Positions 40,901 to 52,279 of a stretch of 64,000 nt of DNA are shown in pieces. Every line of letters begins with the position of its first letter. Position 1 is the first letter of the stretch. The notes below the pieces were generated by a model, which was not told the DNA's origin, ran no database searches, and saw only the letters and a program-made list of their open reading frames with translations. The position numbers and the translations under genes are program-made. The DNA is from Saccostrea echinata (Eukaryota): the NCBI RefSeq assembly GCF_033153115.1, contig NW_026889761.1:5394001-5458000 (forward strand), given 5' to 3'.

Positions 40901-41641
40901 CTGGATGCACAGGCTGAAGTCATTCCGCCCTAATGGTATTAACAAACTTAATGACTTCACCAGGATGAACGTGAACTAGACCCAATCCCGAATTGTAACA
41001 AACAAGTTCATTCTCTCTATATAGCGTAAACTTTACCGTTAATTCGTATTAATAATCCTGGAACAACCTACCCAAATATTTACAGCTCACATTTTTGTTT
41101 ATTTCTTTTTTCCGATTTCCAAATTTATAATATATCCAAATTCATATTTCAAAATTGTCCTTCCATATTATCTTTCTTTAATTTCTTTTTATCATGTAGA
41201 GTTACGCTATTTTGAGAGAATAAGACAATGTACGATTTACTGTTGGCCGTAATTAATTAGCGATAATTAATTCGTTCAATTATGTAAATCACACTTCACC
41301 GAGTACACCCGATAGACCGGACGCAATTCATAGCGCTCCGGATTTCTTTGTTCACAACTGTTTATAAACTCCAAATTAAACATGTAACCTTGTAAATATT
41401 TAGTGTTTGGTAGTTTAGTAGTAGTGCTAGTTGTTTTTGCTTCTCTATTTCCTTTGTTTTTATGACTTCTTAACTTTTTTCTTTGTCCTGAGGAAGGGAC
41501 AGGTTGTCCCGAAAATTTGACAATTATTATTGTTCGTGTCGTTGGTCATTTTTAGTGCTTTATATAAATTTCCATCCGTGACCTTGTATCTACTTAGTAG
41601 ATCCGACACTTCGGATATACAGTGTTGTTGGTTTTTAGTGC

Positions 41642-41718
<77 letters not shown>

Positions 41719-44700
41719 AATAAAATATTTTTCCTTGGTATAGGGATAAAATAAAATCCAAATTTAAATGAAAAACTCAAACTTTAATCTATAGCGCTTT
41801 CACCCCATGCGGGCTCATCAGTAGATTTGAAATAATAAACAAGTTACATTGTGTTACATTATATATATGTGGCTCATTTTACATTTGTACGCCACTCACT
41901 CCTAGAACTTTATATACCTTTATTAGGCAATGCACTTGTACGACTATCACTCAGAGAACTTTATATGTCATTATTAAGTAAGTTGTACGACTATCACTCA
42001 GAGAACTTTATATGTCATTATTAGGTACGTTGTATGACTATCACTCAGAGAACTTTATATGTCATTATTAAGTAAGTTGTACGACTATCACTCAGAGAAC
42101 TTTATATGTCATTATTAAGTACGTTGTATGACTATCATTCAGAGAACTTTATATGTCATTATTAAGTAAGTTGTACGACTATCACTCAGAGAACTTTCTA
42201 TGTCATTATTAGGCCAGTTGCATTGGGAGCAACACTTGCTACAGCTATTGCGTGTATTCTGCTAATCGTCAAAGTTGCTTTAGATGTGGGAACATACGAC
42301 CCAATTCTGCATTCCAAGACAGAGTTTGAGCCATTTTTTATGGCGTTTGGAACAATAGTGTTTGCCTTTGGGGGTCACCCTGCATATCCAACATTCCAGA
42401 CTGACATGAAAAAACCAAAAAAACTTTAAATGGGCCGTGTTTCTTGCATATATAAGTATGCCAATATCTTACAATTAGCATTTTTGTCATTAATTGTCAT
42501 AATATTTGCAATACTTGTTACTATGAAAATATTCCTATTATCTGTTAAGTTACAATACCGATGTATCTTCCTATGCCCGCCATTGCTTACTTTGTTTACG
42601 GCAAGAATGTGAGGGCAAACATTCTCCTCATGCCGAATGGTGGAACCCTTAATCAAGTCGTGGAAGTACTGATCACCATCCACTTGCTGCTGGGTCTGTT
42701 GATTTGTATCAACCCCTTCTGTCAAGATGTTGGGTCATACGCCAGGATCCCAAAAGGTGAGGGATTATTGAGACATTATACTTGTATTTCAGCTCCAGAA
42801 TTGAAAACTTCACCGACAATCGCAAAAATCCGAATTTAGCCCATTTAGGACCTATCAAAAATATTTTTGAATTCGATATAATGAATTGTCGAATTTGTTA
42901 TAACGAATTTAATTCATTATGACAATTTCTTTGAATTCGTATAACAAATTTTATCTGTTAAAGCAGATTTGTTAAATTCGTTTGAACGAATTCAAAAATT
43001 GTTATAACAGATGAAATACGTTTGAACGAATTCAAAAATTTGTTATAACAAATTAAATTCGTTTAAACAGATTCTAAAATTTGTAATAACGAATTAAATT
43101 TGTTTAATCAAATTCAACAATTAGGGTCTATAGAAAAATATATATGAATTCGATATAACGAAATGTCGAATTCCTTTTAACGTTTTCATCTCCGAGAAAA
43201 CAGACAAAGAAAGCATTTAATTGTCTGAATAAAGAACTAAGGATTAAAACATGATTTACAGTATATAACTGCAACAAAGCTCGTGTATACATAATGATGT
43301 TTTTCATAATCGGAAGGCAGGCTCAGAAATATTGTTAAATGTTTATGTCGTTTATTTTCATGTGCAGTTTCGAATATCAGAACATGACATGAAGATAACG
43401 AACAGTAATCAAGCTCAAAAGTCAATAGGAACAATACAGATCTGGAGCAGAGCAAACACGGACATCTAAAAACTCAGAGGTGGGATCAGGTGCCATGGAA
43501 GAGTAAGCATCCCCTGTCTACCGTTCACACCCGCCGTGTGCTCCCTGTCATGATCGGGAAAACAGAAGACAGTTCAGTGTGAAAATAACGGCCTAACGAT
43601 TTGTCAGTCATCATTCGACTTAGTAATAGATTGTATTTGCTGGCAAGGTCATTGTATCGACCATAGAATTTTCGAAAGTTTACTTTAAACGAGACTGTTG
43701 ATATACTTGAATGTTTCACAGTTTGTCACGTATTAGAAATTGCTTGTACATAGAGGATGCTCTTGTGTATAAAATCAACTCCATGTGCTGGTGATAATGG
43801 TACATTGCTACAGAAATAATGGAAGTTGACGATAGAAAAAGTTGAAGTCATCAGGTTTATCATAAAGCTTTGTTGTTATTTTACCATTAACGTCTTTTCT
43901 GAGTAAAATATCCAAATATGAAACAGATGTGTCAGACGCTGCGGTATCTTTTATTTCGAGTTCGAAGGTATATATATCGAAGCAACGTAGGCATGAAAAT
44001 GAATAGTGTTAATTGATAAAACATCGTCGATATATCTTATTGTTAAATTGAAGGCCACAGCAACATATTTCTTCTTTTTTTGAAGAAGTTTTTGAATAAA
44101 TTCCTAAAGTTAATGTCAGTAAAAAAATTTTTTTTTCAGATTTTACCTGGAAGCGATGTGTATTTAGGTCACTTATTGTAGCCAGCATACTTTTTGTGGC
44201 TGAAACGATCCCCACATTTGGTAACATTTTGTCCCTAGTGGGCGGGTCCACGGTGACGCTTTTAGCTTTTATCTGCCCATCCCTTTTCTATTTGAAACTG
44301 AAGTCTGTTCATCAGAAGGACATGACTGAGATAATAAATGGAAACAAAGATAATAACCTTAGTCTTCTAGACGACGAAAAGTAAGGAGGTTATATATTAT
44401 AATGTTTAAATATAAATGTACGTTTTTCCGAGACAATTGATAACCCCATTTTCTGAAGAAGATTACACAATAGTCATAAACTTTGAATTTTGTTTTTAAT
44501 TGAATTTTTTTCATCTGATTCATCAAAGAGACCGGCCCTTCATTTCCGCATTCATGTTGCAAAATATCCTACATCGTATTATTTACTTCATTGTTCCATT
44601 CATCCTCATAATTCCAGCCATTTTACCGTTTTGTTTTAGTGGTGGACTTCCTCTGTGGGTTAAAGTCATGAACATCGAGATCATTCTGTTGGGGGCCGTG

Positions 44701-44775
44701 GCTGGCATCGCCTCTACATATTCCGCCATCAAATCCATCATCAGTAGCGACTTTTCCAAACCTTGTTATTTATAA
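36861..44775 (+). CDS. Amino acid transporter, Aa_trans/AAAP family (AVT1/SLC32-like); first exon not located; +1 frameshift near 42420 (possible pseudogene)
   Basis: Exons 36861-36996, 37109-37277, 37657-37848, 42213-42455, 42550-42756, 44140-44380, 44640-44775. Motifs [55 protein letters not shown]. Phases match only if one A is removed from the A7 run at 42417-42423. Confidence 0.88.
37875..37925. repeat. (TA)n microsatellite, left half of the Penelope target (right half ~41646-41715)
   Basis: Direct read; the tract flanks both ends of the element. Confidence 0.95.
37962..38002 (-). ncRNA. Minimal type I hammerhead ribozyme (inverted-arm copy)
   Basis: Reverse complement of 41483-41523. 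Confidence 0.8.
38757..40979 (+). CDS. Penelope-like reverse transcriptase + GIY-YIG endonuclease (no ATG start; 5' truncated)
   Basis: [49 protein letters not shown]; Cys linker CSDRRCLLC; CIYLISC..C.KQYVGET. The frame stays open back to the inversion junction with no ATG. Confidence 0.95.
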   Translation: MLNRSSVPLSESETSLLSKGLNFCPTPHEVDEKQVREDTRAFFRRLRLKEHFSRKNSEVDSYDSSQPQLHDLEEHKLYRPKSDWEPAPGKCGALESYIDAVESDIEKLLSMPDKAPDNLSKEERSALQSLKNRDDIVIKKADKGSTVVVLDKETYMAEAHRQLSDERFYKKLDSDPTKEFSTAITKTLDEMFEKNEIGINVYETLNPIDCRPGQFYLLPKIHKEGMPGRPIVSAIGHPTEKISEYIDLHLRPHVENLPSYLKDTTDYINKTPSTGLPDHTLLVTMDVTSLYTNIPHDEGIEACREVWDSRSIQIPSTESLAKLLEHVLKYNNFMFNGEHYLQVNGTAMGTKMAPSYANIFMGRLERNLLFQAPFRPLSWLRFIDDIEMKWVECRESLEAFISFANTFHQSIKFTVDVSNSKNIFLDTTSTLTDGEIEFSLHTKPTDSHLYLMPTSCHPPHTFKGVPKGLATRIRRICSSPALYQEQSGLLKSHLCKRGYNARTVQTAIDEMAGHDRQNLLRYKEKDNSGRVPLVTTYHPVLKNLSGILQKNLPILHSNKRMTEVFKEPPLAAYRRPRNLKDMVVRTRLDNPLPNGGFKTCSDRRCLLCKYSSDTDSFNSPVTGRSYKILGNLSCQTDNCIYLISCKVCSKQYVGETGDLRRRVNNHRSTIRTKKLNEPVGEHFNLEGHKWEDMTVVVIDHNPRWTDAQRKGKEKFWMHRLKSFRPNGINKLNDFTRMNVN
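41483..41523 (+). ncRNA. Minimal type I hammerhead ribozyme in the Penelope pLTR
   Basis: TTGTC-CTGAGGA-A-GGGAC aggtt GTCCC-GAA-AATT-T-GACAA: stem I TTGTC/GACAA, core CUGANGA and GAAA, stem II GGGAC/GTCCC, palindromic stem III AATT. Confidence 0.82.
41786..41827 (-). ncRNA. Second, unrelated minimal hammerhead ribozyme (remnant of another Penelope-like pLTR)
   Basis: Minus strand AATCTA-CTGATGA-GCCC gcatg GGGT-GAA-AGCGCT-A-TAGATT: perfect core, 6-bp stem I, palindromic stem III AGCGCT. Confidence 0.85.
41885..42212 (+). repeat. 47-bp minisatellite (6 copies plus 1 diverged) ending at the exon acceptor
   Basis: Unit ttgtacgactatcactcagagaactttatatgtcattattaagtaag starting at 41936, 41983, 42030, 42077, 42124, 42171. 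Confidence 0.95.
42850..43175. repeat. Short-period aacgaatt/aattcg-rich repeat, probably a MITE remnant
   Basis: Many aacgaatt variants; a ~38-bp block at ~42857 recurs at ~43135. Confidence 0.45.
43400..44045 (-). mobile_element. Retroelement 3' fragment (RT YIDD to 3'UTR) in a transporter intron
   Basis: Minus strand RYIDDV, ELEIKDT...[25 protein letters not shown], then the conserved 3' end gacaggggatgcttactc. Confidence 0.8.
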
Positions 44776-45708
44776 TGATACAGTGGCGCTGCTGACATTT
44801 TTATATCAGTATCAGTAAAGGAGTCAAACGTTATGAGAGAATTTACCACCAGTGACACTAACATCCTTCAGCTGAATTATTTGAACTCACTAACTAGGAA
44901 AAAACCGAGATATTTTGTACAGGAATGATTGCCGGTTATATAATAATGATCGAGATTTGTAATTTATTAGACGTTTTTATTAATCACAATTTAATTTTTT
45001 TTTTAATTTCATTGATGACAGTTTACTAGTATATCTAAGGTGTAAGGTCCCTCTGAAAAGAGAGAAAACTTTCCAAGGAAATTATTCTAAGCAATCCAAT
45101 GAATGATCTTACCAGAGTCCATTACATAGTCAATTCAATAAAATCTGATATATGTTACAAATATCAATTTTTTTGCCAATATTTTTAATAGTTACTTATA
45201 ATAATTTACCTAAAACATTTGTACTCAGTTCCTTTAAACTGTTAAAATTGAGATTTTATATCTCTTAATAAACAATTCTATAATTGTTACAGAAATTTAT
45301 CATGTATCAGATGCAGAATTTTCATAATCAATTCTTTGATAATTTTCCTCTTAAAAATATTTTGATGAAAGATAACTCCTGTAGAAGGAAAGATAACTCT
45401 TGTAGATGGATGCCTTTTTTTTTTTTTACAAGCACAGAAAACAATTTGATATTCTGGTTTAAAAAGCAACGCTTCATTATGTTTTTTAATATGAATTAAA
45501 TATGTATGATTCTAATGCTATTGTTTTTGATGAAAATCAGTGATGGGAATTTAAAAAAAAATTGGTGAAATTTAGAGCAAAGGGATATTCACCTTAAAGT
45601 TTAATACATTTACAACGACTATCTGTAAGCTAGGTATAGAGGAGAAAATGTTTTGATAAATTCAACAACTTACGCCTCATAAACCCCAAGTGGTGTAAAA
45701 AAAAAACA

Positions 45709-46205
45709 AAACAAGAGGCCTATGGTGTACTACGGTCACCTGAATCACTATGACCTTGCTAGTCTTCAGCACGAGATTTTTACTATACTGTAAACCACTT
45801 TTATTCGCGTTCGAGAAATGTCCGCGAGTTTCTTAAGCTCGAGAATATTTCTCGCCGCGAATCAATGATTTGCTTGTGTATTTATGTTAAGTATTTTCTC
45901 AGTCGAGAAAATTAATAGTAGCGGATTGATTTCAAACCGGCGAATCGCGAATAAAAGATGTTGCGAATAATAGCTGGTTTACAGTATATTTCTTTCTAAA
46001 ACTTGATCACCTATTATAGCCTATCCTACCCCCGGGGGTCATGATTTGAACAAACTTTATTCTACACTATCTGAGGATGCTTCCATTTCTATATGACTAA
46101 TCATGCCTTTGCCGACCATAAGATTTTTTTCCTATTTAATACTATGTAAAATTTTGATCACTTGTTGTGGCCCACCCTACCCCAGGGGTCATGACTTAAA
46201 CAATA
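45709..46205. mobile_element. Helentron-like fragment with nested mariner MITE (45788-45984)
   Basis: aacaagaggcc...ggtcacctga terminus and cctacccc.ggggtcatga units; inner TA|CTGTAAACCA ... TGGTTTACAG|TA. Confidence 0.7.
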
Positions 46206-46919
46206 TCATATACCTAGTAGTGTGTAAGCCCTGATACAAGTGTATTGGACCAGAGGTGCAAGGTGCCTAGGAGGAGCGAACATCCCTTGTTGACCGGTCA
46301 CACCCGCGTTGAGACCTTATGTATTGATCAGGTACTAAGTACTCAGTCAAATTTAGTATAAATGCAATGACGTAACAGATGGTGACTCCTAAAATATTGT
46401 TTTACGGTTCGTTTCGTTGATAGTTCGCACAAGTCAACATGTGCATAAGAGGTGGCAGGGCCCCGTTTTGTCTTAATTTGCTTAGAAAATTTCATCCGGA
46501 TTATTCAATCTAACTTTCTTATTTGAACATTTTTATAACTTACTTGCTCTTACTTTCTAACTCCAACTTTCGTATTTTTACACATTTTTTTACTAAAATA
46601 AATGTAGGTGTATATACTGAAATAAAATTTTAAAAGTTAATTCTAATAGAATCAAAATTAGAAAGTCTGCAAAAATTGAATTGGAAAAACAAAAAGTTAA
46701 AACTTAGATAATCATTAAATGAAATATTAAAATAAAATTGGACAATAAATTAAAATGAAAATAAGAATACTAAAAGAGAACTGTGCCACAGAAATCCCTC
46801 CATAAACACCAGTTAAATCATCACAGCTAACATTTAATGGGTGTTTTTAAAACTATGTGAAATTAGCTGCACACTGATTAATGTACTTGACGCATTTTTT
46901 AGTGTGTTAACTTCCATTC

Positions 46920-47565
46920 ATTATATGCCTTTCACCCTGTGTCAAGTACCGGTGACCATTTAACATAGTAAAACGACTCTTTATTATATTGAACACACCA
47001 TTTATCTGTTTATGAACCTTTCCTCCTATAACAAGGATTGGTGACCATTTAACATACTAAACCAACCCTTCATTAAACTGAAGACACCATAATGAACCGA
47101 CTCTTTATTATATTGAACACACCATTTATGTACCTTTCCTCCTATAACAAGGATTGGTGACCATTTAACATACTAAACCAACCCTTCATTAAACAGAAGA
47201 CACCATATTGAACCGACTCTTTATTATATTGAACGCACCTTATAATATGTGCCTTTCATCCTATAACCAATAGCGGTAACCATTTAACATGGTAAAATGA
47301 CCCTTTATTTTATAGAACGCACCATTTATGTACCTTTCACCCTATAACAAGGAGTGATGTCATTTAAATTTTTTTTTTATATTGAATAAACCATATATAA
47401 TGTACCTTTCACCGTATAACAAGTAGTGGTGACCATTTAACATAACAAATCGACTCTTTATTATATGGAACGCACCATATTTTATGTGCCCTTCACCCTT
47501 TAACAAGGAGTGGTGACCATTTAACATAATGAATAAACCCTTTATTATATAAAACACAGCATGTA
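46920..47565. repeat. Imperfect tandem repeat, ~85-120 bp units
   Basis: ggtgaccatttaacat and ctctttattatattgaac recur about 6-7 times. Confidence 0.85.
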
Positions 47566-50500
47566 ATATGACGTACCATACCTTAAGACAGCTACGGCGT
47601 TCCAAAGAAATGGAAATTAGGCCGAAATGACCAGGGTTTAAATGTCCTGACGCGCAATACTGTATATTGAATTTTTTTTTTCTTAAAAAAGTTTATGAGG
47701 TGTAATTAACACCAGATCGAGATTACAACACTCCAGTGAATCCTCTGTGTAAAAGACAAGTGAAATAAGACCAGAGATTGGTATGTTATATCTTTATTAT
47801 ATTTTTAAAATCTGTTTATCACATATTTTCAGTACTACCTGTGTCTTCTGTGTGTCTTTGTTATCCATTTCTATTTTTAGCTCAAATTTGTGAAGTTTAA
47901 ATGAGGTTGTGACGTTCAAAAACATGTATAGAAAAAAAATATATACATAACTGAACAGAAGACAAAAGCCGAGAATGTTGTTAAAAATCGTAAATGCGTC
48001 AACCACATATTTATACACGATTATATAATAAATTTAGTATTCTCTTTAACGCACCATTCAGGCGTAACAAAGTAGTCATAATATTACTAAGTTAGTAACG
48101 ATATATATACTGTTTTAAGATACTCTCGTTTCATTCTAAGTCGTTGTCTATCTAAAATCGGTAATATTATAAAGAAGTAGTGACCTATAAATGTGCTCTG
48201 TAGGAATCTAAACTATAGAGGCTCGGTAATGTCACCATACAACCTTATCTTATCCTTCATTATATTACTCAAATTTTTCGTGTTAAATTGCTAGGATTGG
48301 ACTCCTAATTTTGGTTGTCACTGCACAAATTGGCAAAGTACTTAAAATTATCTTACCTAGCAGAATTTAGGACGTCTACGATTGAATTAGTTCATGGTAA
48401 GAGAATTCATAAACTAAGCATACATGTATCATAACTTGATGACGAGATATTCCATATCGTCACAGATTGTTAATTAGGGACTTACCCACTCGCCAGTAAG
48501 CTACATATTAAATGAAATATTTGGAGATAATAATCTTGAAGGGCAAAGGTGCAGAATTCCATGTATTGTGTAGGGATGGCAACAGTTAACCGGTTAACCG
48601 ACTAAACGGTCGGAAAGATCGTATGGTTTATGAGATCCATAACCGGTTAGTCGATATGTTTTTGCAATATATAAACTTTTTAAATAATATATTATTTCTT
48701 TAAAAAAAACCCTTAGGTAGCTTGTTTAAAACTGAAAACAAATTACATAAATCGCAATTCGCCGCTGTCATAACAAGTCTCCGTAATTTATTCATTATAA
48801 CCCTAAATACTAATGGTTTGGTTTGAACATATTAAGGCCGACATGCTTTTCCGCAATTTTTTTTTCGTACCCTGTCTGCTTTTCCGCGACTACTTGTTAC
48901 TGTTTTTTCCGCGATTGGTTTTTACTATATTTTATGTATTATATCCTTTTTTGATATCCCCTTTCCGCGATTTTTAAATGGTGAAGGTTAACACTTAGCA
49001 ACAAACGGTTGTACTTTATAATTACAAAGAAATTAAGCAAAAAATCTAAAAACTTATTACGCCCTTTCCATAAATGTATATATTACAAATTTGAATAAAA
49101 ATTAAACTCTAAACACTAATTAAAGTTTATTAAAGTGTACATGTACCACCATCATAAAAATCCTGCGTATTTTTTGTATTTACTGATGCGTAAAAAAAAC
49201 TTAAAACAACTAATTTATATGGTACATGTACCCAGTTGATCTCGCCCATTGCGACACTTCGCAATGCAACCACCACCGTCGACAGCTTGGAAATATTTTA
49301 AGAGAGACCGTGACGGCAAAATAGTACAGGAATACTATACCAAACAGTCTTTACAATTCCTCACTTTTTTTACTCAAAATTTATCTGGATAGTATGGTGG
49401 CATGTTTATGCCATCCAGACAGTTTTTGTCAACATAAGATTTCGCGTCAACATGGTCAAGTCAAGATAATTATCTCGTCAATTCGAGATTACTTTCTGGT
49501 TTTGTCTTGATACACCAACATCTATCTTGTATAGTCAATTTAAGCTATCACATTATGTTGACAAGTACTGTCTCTTCATAACTACAGTCACGATCATGCT
49601 TGGATCTAGAGGAGGGGGGTGAGGCTCCGGACCCCTCTGGAATTTGCAGAGTTATGAAATGGTAAATAGTAAAGTAGCTAAAAATATTTTTGGACACCCT
49701 CACCCTGAAAAAAATTTGACCCCTGTTAAGTTGCTAGGAAGAGATGCTTAAGAAGTAAAATAGCCCCCCCCCCTCCCCCTGAAATAGGCTTTTCGCGCTA
49801 GGGAGATCAATAATTCACTGTGATATTATATTTTGATAGGTAGTTTTTAGATTTATGAATGACCCGATACATTAATTTTCTACCTATGGCATATAATTAA
49901 CTCAGAGAAGACCAATAATTAATTGAAATTATATAATTAAATTCAAAATTTACAATTAGACACAGCTGATAATACTCCTCCTACGCACCTTATCTCATCT
50001 CTAGTGTTTCCAAGTTCAAGGTCAGTTTATTCTCCCAAACCAAAATATTGGTACATGGGATACATTAATAACATATATACATTATATACAAACTGGTCAG
50101 AGGTACATATACAAAACAAAAAGCATGACAGAATATTGAAAAAATAAATAAATAAGAGAGGGGAAAATATATTTCTAGAGGTCCGTGCTCTTTTGCCCTG
50201 TTCACGATTCGTTTTGATTACTGGATTATAATGAGATTGATTAGTGTTCGTTATCTTCACCTTTTACACATTACTTTCAGAGAAAAAATATCATTGTGCT
50301 GTAAATTTGCTTGCTTAATTAACCTCATTCGTCACATTTACTTGCAAAATACCTGTATATGATGATGAAAAAAATTGCTCGACAATATTCGGAAATCCAT
50401 AGATGTTGAATTGGTGAACGGCAAAAAAAGTTATGTCTTTGATTATTTTAATATCACGTTTAATTAATTATTCTTATATTATACAATTGGTCTGGAATTC

Positions 50501-50806
50501 TCATTAAAATTAATGATCATTTAAACAATTTTGCAAAAATAGTATAATAATTTCTGCAATGCATTTTATAACATTTTTGATATTATAAAGCATTTTTTCA
50601 CATGTAAGTATTGTCTAATAATGAAAAAGTTAAAAATATATTTCATAAATAATTACAATTCCGTCTTTACTGAAGCGACCACTTGTTTCGCCATGATACA
50701 ATGTACTTCATCTTTTAAAAAATATTTTAGTGCTATAAATAATTAATATTTAATGGTAATACTATTATCTTTTATTCCACAGGTATTATTCACAAAATAA
50801 TCATCA

Positions 50807-52242
50807 ATGTCTGTCGAAAGCTGGGTGGACAAACTAAATGGAAGGTGGACACCGTTGTTATTTCTGATATTGGGCATAGTGGCATTTCTTATTCCACTGT
50901 TTTTTAGTCCAATTGAATGCAAGTTTCCATCGAAATTTGCTCCACATGATGTTGCATACGGAAAATCCCGTTGTTATGGAGCCAAAAATACGATGATGTA
51001 TTCTAAAAATGAATGGGACCTAGTTCCTCATCCATTTGTTTTTGCAGATGAGCAGCCATCAGGCATTGGAGAAAGAACTTTGTACCAATACATATCAATT
51101 ATTCTGATTTTACAGGCTATTTTCCTTCGAATTCCATTTATTTTATGGAAACTGGGAGTGGAGAAATTGGGCATCCATTTCCTTGTCGGCACAGACAACC
51201 TTAACGACAACAGCAAATCTACAGGCAGGAGACTCGCAGTCTATCTGGAACAATGGATTGAAAATCGGAATGTCAACATCCTGTCGCTAGGAGCACTGAC
51301 AATCTTTCATTGCTTTATCAAACTGTTGTATTTTTTGAGTACCTCTATACACTTAGGTTTGTTGGATCCTTTCCTGAAACAGGAAAATGAAACGAGCTTT
51401 GGTTCTCAAATCCTGAAAAACATAAGAGAAAATAACATGTCCTTTTACCAATCTTCTCCAGCTTTCCCCTTGCAGGTCATATGTGATTATTCCTACAGGC
51501 TCGGTACCTATCATGAGAGATATACAGTGTATTGTACCTTGCCGCTCAACCCATATCTAGAGCAGATGATGGCGGTGGTGTGGTGGTGGTTAATCTTTTC
51601 TATAGCCGCCACAGTAGCCGATGGTTTGCTCTACCTTTTTGGTGCTGTTCTCCCATTTTTCAGGGTCAGGTAAGTCTTAAACCAATTAACACACGGTCAA
51701 TCAAATCTTATATCAACTAACACAGGGTCGTGTAGGTTTTAAACTTATTAACATCATATTTAATAGTCATTTAGGAGTATTGTTGCCAATGCAATTCAAT
51801 GTTTTTATCATCTTTCTTAACCAATTTTGTTGATTTTTCAATTTTACCTTTCACTTTGTTTAGATTTGTAAAATCGAATATCTTAAAAACTGATCTTGGA
51901 AATTTAAAAGAAGCTCTGACAGACCGAAATATTCAGCGATTTGCCAACGACACCTTAGGAGAAGACGTAATTTCTTTTCTAAAACAAGTACAAGACAAAG
52001 AAAACGGATGTGTTGTCATGGAAACTGTTACTGAACTATGGAAGATCTACCATGGCAACATGCAGCCAACACCAAATATACTACCGTATCCAGCACAACA
52101 ATCATCTCCAGGATCACATCCTCAAGCATTGTCCGTGGAAAACCAGCAAGAATACGCTCAAAGAAGAAAAGAGGCGAATGAATTTCATGGTCAGCAGTCA
52201 TCGGTACCTTTATTATACCCATCCTATACAGCCCATTCGTAA
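50807..52242 (+). CDS. Divergent innexin, copy 1 (exons 50807-51669, 51864-52242; 413 aa)
   Basis: VDKLNGRWT, PIECKFP..F....VAY....CY, LYQY..IILILQAIFLRIPFILWK, FPLQVICD, RYTVYCTLPLN..E....WWW: two Cys per extracellular loop, four TM segments; phase-2 GT/AG intron. Confidence 0.9.
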
Positions 52243-52279
52243 TTTGCATCGAATACCAAGCAACCAAGCATGATCTACA

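Larger units (their letters stand above)
37926..41646 (+). mobile_element. Penelope-like retroelement (Neptune-like), 5'-truncated, with inverted pseudo-LTR
   Basis: 37926-38700 is the reverse complement of ~40784-41559; uninterrupted RT-GIY-YIG frame between; embedded in (TA)n. Confidence 0.93.

Noticed and set aside
41460-41780. ORFs with (YI)n runs (also 37822-38025)
   Set aside because: Translations of the (TA)n microsatellite.
41936-42212. CRISPR-like regular repeats
   Set aside because: Units are head-to-tail with no unique spacers, lie in a eukaryotic intron, and no cas genes are present.
51799-51863. Separate 147-aa gene starting at 51799 (and 63316)
   Set aside because: The first ~21 codons are intronic; the rest is innexin exon 2.
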